The notes under the pieces: generated by a model
Database searches by the model: none
What the model saw: only the letters and a program-made list of their open reading frames with translations
Told to the model about the DNA's origin: nothing
Program-made: the position numbers and the translations under genes
Assembly: GCA_951406725.2 (NCBI GenBank)
Contig: OX597816.1
Location: forward strand, 48,298,001-48,362,000
Length of the DNA: 64,000 nucleotides
Direction: 5' to 3'
Source of the DNA: Octopus vulgaris
Lineage: Eukaryota
Shown: positions 27,390 to 40,168 of the stretch, one piece after another
Position numbering within the stretch: position 1 is the stretch's first letter
Layout: each line of letters opens with the position of its first letter

Positions 27390-27670
27390 CGATTTGGGAG
27401 CAAATATTTAAGAAAAAGTGGAAGTGGATTGGTAGCACAATTAGAAAAGACACACCAAATGTAGCGAAAAGTGCTTTACAGTGGAATCCGGATGGATATA
27501 GAAAGAAAGGAAGGCCTAAGAACTCGTGGTGTAGATCAACACAAAAGGAACTTGAGAAAGGGGGACATTCCTGGCAGAGTATAAGTACAGAAGCGAAAAA
27601 TTATGCGACATGGAATTCAATTATACGTGGCCTATACTCCGCATTGCAGGGTTAAAGGTGGGAAAAGAAA
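27390..27670 (+). mobile_element. RTE-group LINE ORF2 C-terminal fragment
   Basis: KKWKWIGSTIRK...ALQWNPDGYRKKGRPKNSW...W is the typical RTE C-terminus. Confidence 0.75.
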
Positions 27671-27689
27671 TAATAAATGGTCACACTCG

Positions 27690-27906
27690 TTAAAACTCCT
27701 TAGTATTTAAACTGGCCATATTCTACTTGTTTTGTGTTCAAACTGGCCAGACCCTACCACTCGCACCTACCATAAAATGTCATTCTAAAAATATACAGTC
27801 CTATCATCAAAATCTCAAAGCCAAATGATAACAGATGTTTAATTCAAAGCAATGTGAATAAATAAACATTATATTTGACAGAGTAATCTGAATGTTAAAG
27901 GGTTAA
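27690..27906 (-). mobile_element. piggyBac-like MITE
   Basis: Ends in aaagggttaa (TTAA plus CCCTTT terminus). A second copy in the opposite orientation lies at ~54173-54635. Confidence 0.45.
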
Positions 27907-28206
27907 TGAGTCAACAAGCTCTCATGTATGTATGTATGTATGTATGTATGTACATAAGGATGGACGAACAGACGGACAGACACATAGGTCAAAGAATGGG
28001 TGTGTGGTTAAGAGGTTTGCTTTTCACTCATGTGGTTTCAGGTTCAGTTTCATTGCAAAGTACTGGGAGCAACTTAAGCTAGTGTTTTCTACTTAGTCTC
28101 CACAGCAACCAAAGCTTTTTGAGTGGATTTGGTAGATAGAAACTGAAAGAACCCAATCATACGTGGGTGTATGTGTGTGTGTGTGTGTGGTCTTGTGTTT
28201 CATATA

Positions 28207-28426
28207 CTCTTTTACTCTTTTACTTGTTTCAGTCATTTGAATGGTGCCATGCTGGAGCACCACCTTTAGTCGAGCAAATCAACTTCAGGACTTATTCTTT
28301 GTGAGCCTAGTACTTATTCTATCGGTCTCTTTTGTTGAGCCACTAAGTTGCGGGGACGTAAACACACCAGCATCGGTTGTCAAGCGATGTTGGAGGGACA
28401 AACTCAAACACTCAAATATATACACA

Positions 28427-28465
<39 letters not shown>

Positions 28466-28637
28466 GTACATACATATGACGGGCTTCTTTCAGTTTCCGT
28501 CTACCAAATCCACTCACAAGGGTTTGGTTGGCCCGAGGCTATAGCAGAAGACGCTTGCCCAAGGTGCCACACAGAGGGAATGAACCCGGGACCATGTGGT
28601 TGGTAAGCAAGCTACTTACCACACAGCTACTCCTGTG
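28207..28637 (-). mobile_element. tRNA-derived SINE (family 1), full length
   Basis: Same sequence family as 23218-23633. Confidence 0.88.
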
Positions 28638-29128
28638 CATATTTGATTGCAAAAGTGTTGTGTATATTTATTTCAGGTCAGACTTTTCTGTGGATGGCAT
28701 TGCATATTGTTTCACTGACTTCATGTCAGGCTGATTGGTAGCACTTCAGTGATACTTTTGAGTAGCTGCTGATTACATGTGTTATATCCTCTACAAAAAG
28801 AGTGACATAATTGACATTTGCGGTTGCGTCTTGGGAGTTGAAGGGTTTTGCTCTTTCATTTATTTACTAGATATTTTGTTGCTATCATCTGCTCTTAGTT
28901 GTAAAAGCATAGTGTTTAAAATGTGGTCTGATGTAATGGTGATGAGCTTGAGAAAGGCTACACTTCATGTTCATATGATTACCCTCTTCAAAATTACTGG
29001 AAACATATCCTTGCATAACCTTTTACAAGTATTTAAAGTGTTTCTCTTTCAGGTCTTCATGGAGATACGCTAGTCCTGAACTTCTAGGTTTATATGGCAG
29101 CTAACAATAATTATAAAGTTCTTGTGGC

Positions 29129-29228
29129 NNNNNNNNNNNNNNNNNNNNNNNNNNNNNNNNNNNNNNNNNNNNNNNNNNNNNNNNNNNNNNNNNNNNNNNN
29201 NNNNNNNNNNNNNNNNNNNNNNNNNNNN
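29129..29228. other. Assembly gap (100 N)
   Basis: A run of exactly 100 n, so the true size is unknown. Confidence 0.99.
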
Positions 29229-30925
29229 CACATCTCTCTTCATCCATCCGCAGCACATGACCATACCATCGCAAGCGTCGCTCTTGCACACCACATCTGA
29301 TGCTTCTTATATCCAGCATTTCTCTCAGGATACTTACACTCTGTTTTGCGTGCACACTGACACTACACATCCAGCGGATCATGCTAGCTTCATTTCTTTC
29401 AAGTCTACGCATGTCTTCTGCAGTCACAGCCCATGTTTCATTACCGTGAAGCATGGCAGTTCGCACACATGCATCATACAATCTACCTTTTGCTCTGAGG
29501 GAGAGGCCTTTTGTTGCCAGTAGGGGTAGGAGCTTTCTGAACTTTGCCCAGGCTATTCGTATTCTAGTGGTGATACTCTCTGTGCATCCACCTCCGCTAC
29601 TAACTTGGTCTCCCAGGTAGCGGAAACTATCAACTACTTCTAGTTTCTCTCCCTGGAGTGTGATGGAATCTGTTTTCTGAGTGTCTGTTGTGTCTATTGT
29701 CCCTGTGCATCTGCTGCACATGAAAGCTATCTTATCTGTTAATTTCCCTTTAATGTTGCTGCACCTCTTATGTGTCCATAACTTACATTGGGTGCATCTT
29801 ATGGAGTTTCTACCTGTACCTTTCCTACAGGTTGAGCAGGGCCACCTACCCGAGGGGATGTGTGTTGAGTACCTCTTGCTGCTTACTAATACTTTGGTCT
29901 TTGCTACATTTATTCTAAGGCCCTTTGATTCCAACCCTTGCTTCCATACCCGAAATTTCTCTTCTAGTTCCGGTAGTGATTCTGCTATGAGAGCTAGGTC
30001 ATCGGCATAGAGGAGCTCCCAGGGGCATCCCATTTTGAATTCCTCTGTTATTGCCTGAAGGACTATGATGAACAAAAGGGGACTGAGGGCTGAGCCCTGG
30101 TGCACACCTACTTCTACTCGGAATTCTTCACTATATTCGTTGCCAATCCTAACCTTGCTAACAGCCTCTCTGTATAGAGCCTGTACAGCCCTTATTAGCC
30201 ATTCTTCAATCTCCAGTTTCCGCATCGACCACCAGATAAGGGAACGGGGAACCCTGTCAAAGGCTTTCTCCAAGTCTACAAAAGCTATGTAGAGGGGTTT
30301 ATCTTTAGCTAGGTACTTCTCCTGCAGTTGTCGGACCAGGAATATAGCATCAGTGGTGCTTCTACCTGGTACAAAACCGAACTGCATTTCATCTAAACAA
30401 ATTCTCTCCCTAATGAGATTGGTTATGACCTTCTCTGAGACCTTCATCACCTGGTCCAACAGTTTGATACCTCTGTAGTTATTTCTATCTAGAGCATCAC
30501 CCTTACCCTTGTAGCAGTTGACTATGGTACTGCTGCACCAGTCATTGGGTATGGCTCCATTGTGAACTACCTGGTTTACAATGCGGGTGACTATGGCATG
30601 GCCCACATAGCCAGCTGTTTTAAGCATCTCAGCAGTGATTCCTGATAGGCCAGGGGCTTTGCCTGGTTTCATATCCTTAATTGCCTTATCTACAAGGGAG
30701 CTGTCTATTCGGGTAGCTGGTCCCTCTACTGGGTCAACATTTGGCAGGCTCTCCTCCTCCCATTCATTCTCCTCATTTAGCAGTCTTTCATAATGGCTTC
30801 TCCAAGCCTCTTTCTTTTCACTAGTAGTAAAAGCAAGTGCCCCATCATCCATGCGGACACATTTCTCTCCTATAACATCGCTATTTTCTCTGACACACTG
30901 TCTGGCAATCCGAAATACTTCAGCT
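29229..30925 (-). mobile_element. RTE-clade LINE ORF2, 5'-truncated, uninterrupted reverse transcriptase with PHD-type finger
   Basis: Open frame with [60 protein letters not shown] (29998-30009), FRYLG and [11 protein letters not shown]. The frame extends upstream of 30852 ([14 protein letters not shown]) to the (TA)n tract. Confidence 0.95.
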
Positions 30926-31006
30926 ATATATATATATATATGTATATGTATATATATGTATATGTATATATATGTATATGTATATATATGTATATGTATA
31001 TATATG

Positions 31007-31037
<31 letters not shown>

Positions 31038-31102
31038 GTATATGTATATATGTATATATATGTATATATATATATGTATATATATATATGTATATATATA
31101 TG

Positions 31103-31139
<37 letters not shown>

Positions 31140-31472
31140 GTATATATATATATGTATATATATATGTATATATATATGTATATATATATGTATATATATA
31201 TATGTATATATATATATATGTATATATATATATGTATATATATATATGTATATATATATATGTATATATATATGTATATATATATGTATATATATATATG
31301 TATATATATGTATATATATATATATGTATATATGTATATATATATATGTGTATATATGTATATATATATATGTATATATATATATGTATATATATGTATA
31401 TATATATGTATATATATATGTATATATATATATGTATATATATATGTATATATATGTGTATATATATGTATA

Positions 31473-31518
<46 letters not shown>

Positions 31519-32619
31519 ATATATTCATGCACACAGACATAAATATACATGCATATGTCCATAGGTACATATATAATTTACATGTACACATATGTGCATG
31601 TGTGTATGTATGTATGTATGTATGTGATATGCTTCATCTCATTCTCCATCTTATATTATTTGTTTCCACTGTTCTGAATTTGCTCTTAGTTCCTAAATAA
31701 TGAGAAATATATTACGCTTATATTTTTCTGCCATTAAAGCGACGAGCTGCTTCATATCATTTCCCGTCTTAGTGCTTATTAAATGATGATATGAAATCTT
31801 TTGCTTTTAATCGGATATCATGCAAAATTTACGAAATCTCATTAGTTTTGTGTTCTTAGCGAGTTTATTGTTTCTTTATCTTCACAGAGAATATGGGAAG
31901 GAAATTGAACATGATCATCAGCATCTCCTTAAGTTTTTCATATCTCTCTGTTGTTCTTTTGTTGTTGTTGTTGTTGTTGTTGCCTCGAAGTGTTTATTGT
32001 CGTTTCTCAAAGTTTAGAAGTATCTATTATTATGTAATAATGATGGTAGAAGAGGCAGGTAGATTTCAGTGTTTGGTACTGAGGCTAGTTAGTTAAGGAG
32101 ACTTGTTTATCATACAAACAGCATCATCTTTGTCACGGTTATGAGTATTTTCAATTATTATTATTATTGCCAGAAAAGACCGGAGCCTGGTGCAGCCTTC
32201 TGGCTTCCCAGATTCCCGGTCGAACCGTCCAACCCATGCTAGCATGGAGAACGGACGTTAAACGATGATGATGATGATGATGATTGAGAGAGCAGCACAC
32301 ATTATCAAAGTGACACTGGAATACAAATATATGAAACCCATCATGACTAGCTATCTGATAAGGGTACACCAGTCACATGCATCACAACTACATGTGTGCA
32401 ACATGCTGACCTCACATCAAGATAAACAGCTCTTGACCATGCAGGTGGGGCCCAGTTAGAATTTTCTTCAGGTTGAGTAGCTCCCTGAATAAGTGTTGTT
32501 TAAGGATGATGCACAAAACATGCATGTTTCCAGGGGTGAAATATTAAAATCCCAAAGAATTCAACTTCTAGCAGGTCATTATTGATGACAGAAAGGGACA
32601 ACTTTCCATAAACTTTCAT

Positions 32620-33029
32620 AGGCGCAGGTGTGGCTGTGTGGTAAGTAGCTTGCTTACGAACCACATGGTTCCTGGTTCAGTCCCACTGCGTGGCACCTTG
32701 GGCAAGTGTCTTCTACTATAGCCTCGGACTGACCAAAGCCTTTTGAGTGGATTTAGTAGACAGAAACTGAAAGAAGCCTGTTATATATATATACATGTGT
32801 ATGTGTGTGTATATGTTTGTGTGTTTGTGTTTGTTCCCCCAACATCACTTGACGACTGATGCTGGTGTGTTTACGTCCCCGTAACTAAGTAGTTTTCTGC
32901 AAAAGAGACCCATAGAATAAGTACTAGGCTTATAAAGAATAAGTCCTGGGGACAATTTGCTTGACTAACGGCAGTGCTTCAGCATGGCCACAGTCAAATG
33001 ACTGAAACAAGTAAAAGAGTAAACGAGTA
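32620..33029 (+). mobile_element. tRNA-derived SINE (family 1), full length
   Basis: ggcgcaggtgtggctgtgtggtaag...ggttcagtccc...ccttgggcaagtg...cagcatggccacagtcaaatgactgaaacaagtaaaagagt. Confidence 0.9.
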
Positions 33030-33186
33030 ATTATAGAAATAGGATATAAAGATTTGAGAGGCTACCATACTTCATTGCTGTTTATTCTGCCAGAATAGAA
33101 AGACTTATATATAAATGTAAAATACTAGATACATATTAAAGATAAGTAATGAATACAGAATGAACACTTAGCATAATTATCTAAGT

Positions 33187-33509
33187 CAGTGGTTCTCAAC
33201 CATTTTTTATCTATGGACTCCTTTCATTACTACTTTACTTTGGTGGATCTCCATAGCCATTTGATGTTTAAAAACTAAATCTTTCAAAATTTCTATTTTG
33301 CTTTTCACATATTAACTTGTGCTGACTGAACTGCGTAAAACATTACAGAGAGAAATCTAGCTCTCTCTTGCAATAAATAAATCTAAAGGAAAATTTGTTT
33401 CATGGACCCTTAATATACTACTGTGGGTCCCTAATTTACTATTTTGCTTACGTTAACCCCCAATCTTACATGGATCCCCAGGGGTATGGACTCTGTTTGA
33501 GAACCACTG
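33187..33509. mobile_element. hAT(Charlie)-like MITE
   Basis: 13-bp TIRs cagtggttctcaa / ttgagaaccactg with degenerate 8-bp flanks atctaagt / attcaagg. Confidence 0.7.
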
Positions 33510-34249
33510 ATTCAAGGTGTAAACACAAAGCTGACATACTCAAATGGAATTAAGGAAGCCAGATGATACCTTAAAGACATCACATCACAAAAATATATTT
33601 TAATTCTCAATACTCTAATTTGGTTTCTCCACAGCACAACGATATCTAGATATCTCACTCTTTACTGTGGCTGCTGTTTGTATTCTCATACTTTTTATTT
33701 GCTCATAATATGTCCCTCACCTATGGTCCTAAATGTTGGTTAATGATCAAAAGTATACGATTATGAAAATGTGTGGCTGAAACGAGGTTCCTTCACTGGG
33801 TCTCTGGAGTAATGTTACTTGACAGGATGCATAGCTTTGAGATAGGGTTGCCTCTTCAGGTCAAGTTTCTAGGAGAGATCACGACTTTAGAATTATGGAC
33901 ATGTGATTAGAATATCACTGGAAAGAAATATTTTTCAAGGTAAGCCAGCTGACAAGTGACCTTAAGGTAGACCAAGAATAAGACAGTTGGATATCCAGAA
34001 TCTCACTTGCTCCTGCTTGGTAATCCAATGGGGAAGTCTAATAATGGATGCTTCTGATACGACCCTATTGCAGAGGTGTTTGAGGACTATGGTCCTTCCT
34101 CCATGACCCTCCCAGTAATAGTGAATGGAGAAAGTAGATGGGTGAATGGATTTTTCCCAGATTTTTAAATCTAAGTTACAGGTGTGCATAATAATAGAAA
34201 AGTGCTGCTTATTTTTCTATGGCCATATATGGGATAGTATAAGTTACAT

Positions 34250-34690
34250 GTATTAGTTAGTTAGTTAAGTTAATTTTTTGGCTCAAAAGCAAAAAGCAAG
34301 GCCATGTAGGGGAACATGGAGTTACGTACAAGGTGGTCTTCATGTAAAGAGTTCAGGCCACGTGTGGTCAAGAGAGACTTTGAACCGAGCGGTCGTCGGC
34401 ATCTTCACTATCTCGTCCGGCAGCTTATTCCACGGATCCGCAACCTGGACGGAGAAAGCCTCTGTCCTTTGATTGAGATGAAATCGTCGCAGATAGAGCT
34501 TTTCGGAGTGACCCTGCAGCCGATGCTCTGGAGCAGGAGTGAAGAACAGCTCTTTCAAGAGATTACACTTTCTGCTTATGATGTTGTGAGCAAGAATGAG
34601 ATCACCACGGCGGCGGCGGCGTTTTTCTAGAGAATAAAGGTTGAGCGTCTTCAGCCTTTCTTCATAAGACAAATGCTTGAGACCAAGAAC
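34250..34690 (-). mobile_element. CR1 LINE 3' end
   Basis: SYEERLKTLNLYSLEKRR.RGDLI...GHSEKL...FSVQVADPWNKLP..IV......FKVSLD, followed by a (TAAC)n tail. Confidence 0.88.
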
Positions 34691-35094
34691 AAGCCAAACC
34701 TATTGTTCCTAGCTAAGTGATGCATAATGAAGAGTTTAAATCCCTGTGGCAATTTTACATCTTTCTATGATAGTGATAATACGTTAAATGATTATATTTC
34801 GTAAGTGTCTCCATTAGATCATATTACACTTGTGTACTTATATGATTGTATTGCTCGAGGTTGTTTACTATCTTATTGACACATCCAGATGATTTAGAAT
34901 TAAAATGTAAAACTGAAATGGAAATATCAGAGTGAAGAAATTGACTTGATTTCCATTTAAATGTTGTTGTAGTGTTCTTCTGTTTGTATATACAAGAATA
35001 TATATATTACTTAAAGCTTTGTTTCAATAATCCACTACATAGTTAAAACGCAAAAGCATTCCAGCTGTGACTATTCAGTCAATACATATATTGT

Positions 35095-35472
35095 TCTCTC
35101 TCTCTATCCGCTCAGTCGAAGTCGACTCTCGGTCACTCGTTGGATCAGTGTCCTCCAGTCAGTTCTATCCTGAGCCGCTTCCTTCAGACTGGCCATGTCC
35201 ATTCCGGTATCACTCCTGATGGTGCCAAGCCAGTGGGTTCTTGGTTGGTCTCTTCCTCTCTTGCTACTGACCATTCCGAGCATGATGTCCTTCTCCAGGT
35301 ATTCTCTCTGCATAATATGACCGAAATATGCCAATCTACGCTTGGTGATCCCAGCTTCTAGCGACATTTTCGGCCTGATCTGCTTAAGAACCTCTCCATT
35401 GGTGAACCTTGCTGTCCATGGAATCCTCAAAAGTCTTCTCCAACACCAAAGCTCGAATGCATTAATTCTCTT
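35095..35472 (-). mobile_element. RTE/BovB-like LINE 3' end
   Basis: KRINAFELWCWRRLLRIPWTAR...YFGHIM...LEKDIMLG...RGR...W...VTESRLRL. Confidence 0.88.
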
Positions 35473-35899
35473 AATGTATAAAAAAAATATAAGGTGGTGA
35501 GCTGACGGAAGTGTTAGCATGCCAGGCAAAACCCTTAGTGGAAATTCATCCACCTTTACGTTCTGAGTTCAAATTCTGCAAAGGTTAACTCTACCTGTCA
35601 TCCTTTTGGAGTTGATAAAATAAGTACTGGTTAAGCACTGGAGTTGATGTAATCAACTTATCCCCTCTCCTTGACTTCTTGGTCTTGTGCATATGGAATA
35701 TCATTGTTATCATCATCATCATTTAACATCCATTATCCATGGGTTGGACGGTGTGACCAGAGCTGGCGAGCTGGAAAGCTGCACCAGACTCTAGTGTAAC
35801 TTGGCATGGTTTCTGTGGCTGGATGCCCTTCCTAACACCAGCCACTTTACAGAGTGTACTGGGTGCTTTTATGTGGAACTGCATGGGTGCTTTTACATG

Positions 35900-36870
35900 G
35901 AATATAATGGAATATTCAGGAGGTGGCAGAAGCAGCAAAGAGAGCCTCAGATCTAGGGAAATAATGGGATGCACACAAACCAATAAGAATGGACTAGGCT
36001 CAATGGAGTAGTGGTCAAAGACAAAAGAAAAGTCAAAGAGGCACATTGTAAAACGAGAAGTGAGAGGGTAAGAGGATGCCAAGAGAAACCTGAAGGTAAT
36101 CTGGAGGGCTAACGGAACAGTCAACAACATGAGAGAGTGCACTCCAAAGAAGTTCCAGCTAGAATGACATATAGCATAAAGCTTCATCTTCAGGTCTGTA
36201 TGTTACCTCCTACCTTTGAATACAAATCTGAAGTAGGGGAATTAAACAAACATGCATATCCACCCTGTCAAAGCAAACAAATATAGTAGAATATGTCCCA
36301 AGCTCATGCAAAATGGTGCTAGCCTAAGAGAGGTACACATGGAAACAATCAAGTGCTTTAAGAGATTTGTCAGTAGGAGCTCCATCAATGTTCTACATGA
36401 CTAGGGGCAAAATATCGTGGCCTGGAACAGGTGTGTTAATTGAATCATGGTAGCAGCATCTGCTGGGTGGAGTGGATGATTGGCAGTGTGCAGCAGACCT
36501 TCCAGAATGCGGAAATTACCCAAACATCATCAACAATAGTGATATGAAACTGGTTACCAAAAAAAAAAAAAAGGAAAATAAAATCAGGATTCTGATTGAA
36601 CTCACTATGTTATATGAAAGCAAAATGGGAAGAATCCAACATATACAAAATTTAGAATTGTGGGAGTTTAACCATCAAATTGAGATAATTTGGTTTCCTA
36701 ATGCCTTCTGCATAGAAGGGTGGGTAGGCAGTGTGGTTGCGGGCAAATCTGCTTACAATCTTATAAAATGGCTCTCAATTTCTGGGGAAAAGAGTACCAG
36801 ATCTCTGTAGGCAATGACAGAAGTAGCTGAAAAGAATTTCAACTACACCTGGACAAGCAGGAATGAAAGT
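35900..36870 (+). mobile_element. Decayed HERO/NeSL-like non-LTR fragment
   Basis: DWQCAADLP...YPNII...ILIELT..YES motifs of the REL endonuclease, with many stops. Confidence 0.5.
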
Positions 36871-37329
36871 GAATTTCAGAAGGCATAATTTACCCTACAT
36901 TTAACTGGTGTCTTGGACTAAGATGGTTATGGATTTCAAAGCACCTTGACTCTTGGGTACCTTAACCACCTAGAATGATACAGAAATTGCACAGAACATC
37001 ATAGTGGAGAGATATCCAAGAGTCATGACCTGGATGCATCTTGGCTTCCTTTCAGTGTAAGAAGTTAAGGGCCAAAATACTAGCATAATGGATTGGCGCT
37101 TCTTCTCAGAAGACTCTCTACTGTTTAGCTCTCCCTAGATTTTCCTACTACCATAATCTAATTAATGGCATGGCTGTGTGACAAGACATTTGCCTCCCAA
37201 TTTCAAGGGCCTGGGTTCAATCCTACTGTGTGGTACCTTGGGAAAATGCTTTCAACTATGGCCTTGGGTTGACCAAAACCTTATGTGTGGATCTGGTAGA
37301 AGGAAACTGAAATAAACCTGGTATGTATG

Positions 37330-37429
<100 letters not shown>

Positions 37430-37434
37430 AACTT

Positions 37435-37812
37435 TGGCATTGAGAGTTACACAAATACTAGAACTGGGTGCCACTGCATAGTGCCAAGGACTCGAAATTT
37501 GCCATCAAGATGTAGGACAAGATACTGCAATAGCCTGGGCTTCAGAGGTCCACGGCTCTTCAACATCCTCCCGAAGGATCTGAGAGACCTGCATGGGGTG
37601 GATGTAGGTGTCTTCAAAATAAAACTGGACCTCTTCCTGTCAGGTGTCCCAGATGAACCAACTTCACGGCAGGAAGTGCAGATGAGGGCAGCTGCATCAA
37701 ACTCTCTCATGCACCAAATGTCAATTGCTAAAAAGCATTCATGAAGTAAAATTATGTAGCAGCACCAAGTGGCAGTGCCCCAGCATGGCCACAGCTCGTG
37801 AGCTGAAACTAG
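37435..37812 (+). mobile_element. CR1-group LINE 3' end
   Basis: TRYCNSLGFRGPRLFNILPKDLRDLHGVDVGVFKIKLDLFLSGVPDEP, with tail gtgccccagcatggccacagctcgtgagctgaaact. Confidence 0.85.
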
Positions 37813-37819
37813 AGGAAAA

Positions 37820-37863
<44 letters not shown>

Positions 37864-38089
37864 ACGTCTTTGTGTCTATGTTTACCCCACCACCACTGCT
37901 TAGCAACTGGTGTTGGTGTGTTTGTGTCCTCATAACTTAGCAGTTTAGCAAAAGAGACTTATAAAATAATTACCAGGCTTTTTAAAAAAATTACTAGGGT
38001 TGACTTGAACTAAAATTCTTCGGGGTGGTACCCCATCAGTCTTATGATTGAAATAAGTAAAAGGTAGAAGGCACACACACACGCACGCA

Positions 38090-38502
38090 CAGTGTGTCTG
38101 TAAAGTCATGGTGGGATTTCAAAGCTATTTATTGATGTAACTTGCAATATTACATATTTCATATACATATTGAATAAGAGACCAACTAATAAAGTTCATG
38201 TACAGTTTGGTGCAGTTCGATATGGCTTCCATTTATTGCCATCTATACATCTAATCAATACTCCAGTTCTTGCTGTACACAGCGAGGAGCATCGGGTGTA
38301 ACAGATTGAATAGCTTTCTCTGTTTCTCTCCTTTAGGTGCTCAATAGCAGTAACAGAGGAACACTGTGCACATATTGCTTGATCATAGAGGCCTTGCCTC
38401 CCATGCATCCTTTCTATCCATCACTGTAGAGATATCCTACGCAGAAAGTCACTGATAATTCTGCTGTAGTGAAGGAGCCCGATCATGTTTATGGACACAC
38501 TG
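38090..38502 (-). mobile_element. Internally deleted Tc1/mariner-superfamily element
   Basis: Imperfect TIRs cagtgtgtctgtaaagtcatgg / gatcatgtttatggacacactg followed by TA. Minus strand reads EKAIQSVTPD...QQELEY*LDV*MAINGSHIEL, a transposase C-terminus. Confidence 0.7.
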
Positions 38503-39612
38503 TATATATCATCATCATTGTTTAACATAATATTGTTAATTTCTTCTTTATTAAAAAAAAAAAAAAGTTGCATGATTTTAAGTGCTGATATTCGAAACAT
38601 TAAATTCAGGGATTTCTTTTAAAATGAAAAAAATGTAGAATAAAAATATTGGAGGTGTTGTAAAAAAAAACAAAAAAAAAAATCCTCATTTAAAAATTTG
38701 TTCTCCTGTGACAACACATAACTGAAATAAGTTAATGATTTGAGATAGATAAGGTTATTATTATAGATTATTGTTTTTATTTCTCAACACTATCATTAAT
38801 AACATTTCGTTAACTTAAACTAGTGTTGTTGAAAGTAGGAGATTTCTTTTTTAAAGAACGAAAAAGCAACTCGTTACAAAAAGTGAACAAAAACACTATA
38901 TATTTTGAATGTTTCGATGAGAAACTAATCATTCAAAAATATATGGCTGTCCTACAATAAGACCCCAAAACGCCAAATATATAATTACTAGATGTAATGA
39001 CATATAACACGGAATCATTAATGATCAAATCTTTTAAAAGTCTGAACACTGTTTAAAACAAGATAAAACAAAAAATGATGTGTGATGTATAATTCATATG
39101 TTTTGAAATTTTATTAGTTTTGGTAATTCAGGAAAACCATGGAATTTGTTTTCTTAGATTTTCCACACATTACTGGTAACAGTTTTCATTACTATGCTTT
39201 TCTCTGAAATCACCATAGAGAAATCTTCTTTAGCCCTTTGCTTCCTATGAAGAAGAGGTTATCAATGAATTTTCTGGTATTCTTTACCCTGGTCTGTCTT
39301 TTATGCTTCTTTCCACTTGGATTCCTGCTTTTTTGTGCCTAAATTTGAAACCATTATTGTTATTATTATTATTATTGAAGGCAGTGAGCTGGCAGAATCA
39401 TTAGCACACTGGGTAAACTGCTGAGCAGTATTTCACTTGTCACTATGTTTTGAGTTCAAATTCCACCGGGGTCAACTTTGCCTTTCATCCTTTGAGGGTT
39501 GATAAATTAAGTGCCAATGAAACATTGGGGTTGATATACTCAACTAGCCTCCACTCCACAAATTTAAGGCCTTTTGCCTCCAGTAGAAAGGATTATTATT
39601 ATTATTATTATT

Positions 39613-40168
39613 GAGTGAGAGAGCAGTGCATGCCATCAAAGTGACACTGGGGTAAAATATGCGAAGCCCAGTATACCCATCATGACTACCCATCTGATAA
39701 GGGTACACTAGGCACATGCATCACAACCATATGTGCGCAACAAGGTGATCTCATATCAAGATAAACAGCATATGACCTTGCAGGTGGGGCCCAGTTAAAA
39801 TTTTCTTCTGGTCGAGTAACCCATCTTGCTCAGAAGGTCCCTGAATAAGGGTTGTTAAGGACAATGAACAAAAGGATGTTGAATGTGATACTTGTTTCCA
39901 GAGGTGAATTATTTAAACCCCAAAGAATCCCTCTCAACACATGGCTATGATGCTCCCCCACTACTTCTGCTCGTGATCAGAGATGCACACATCGTCAGCC
40001 ACTAAGGGACATGCTCAACTGGTTATGGTCAAACAACTGACAAGCAAATCTGTGGTATTGAGCAGTAACCCATCTTTTATACCAAGACAAAACAATGTAC
40101 ATAACACTTCCAATCAGTTAAGATCAGAAGCCACAAGATCCACTGCCGGGTACTGCATCAGGGCATTT
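39613..40168. mobile_element. Unclassified ~555-bp interspersed repeat (family 4) associated with (TTA)n
   Basis: Partial copies at 32284-32560, 40190-40237, 56410-56580 (inverted) and 57766-58072 (inverted). Confidence 0.7.

Noticed and set aside
31893-32096. Signal-peptide-like ORF MGRKLNMIIS...LLLLLLLLL
   Set aside because: The hydrophobic core comes from a (TTG)n repeat and the donor site is weak.
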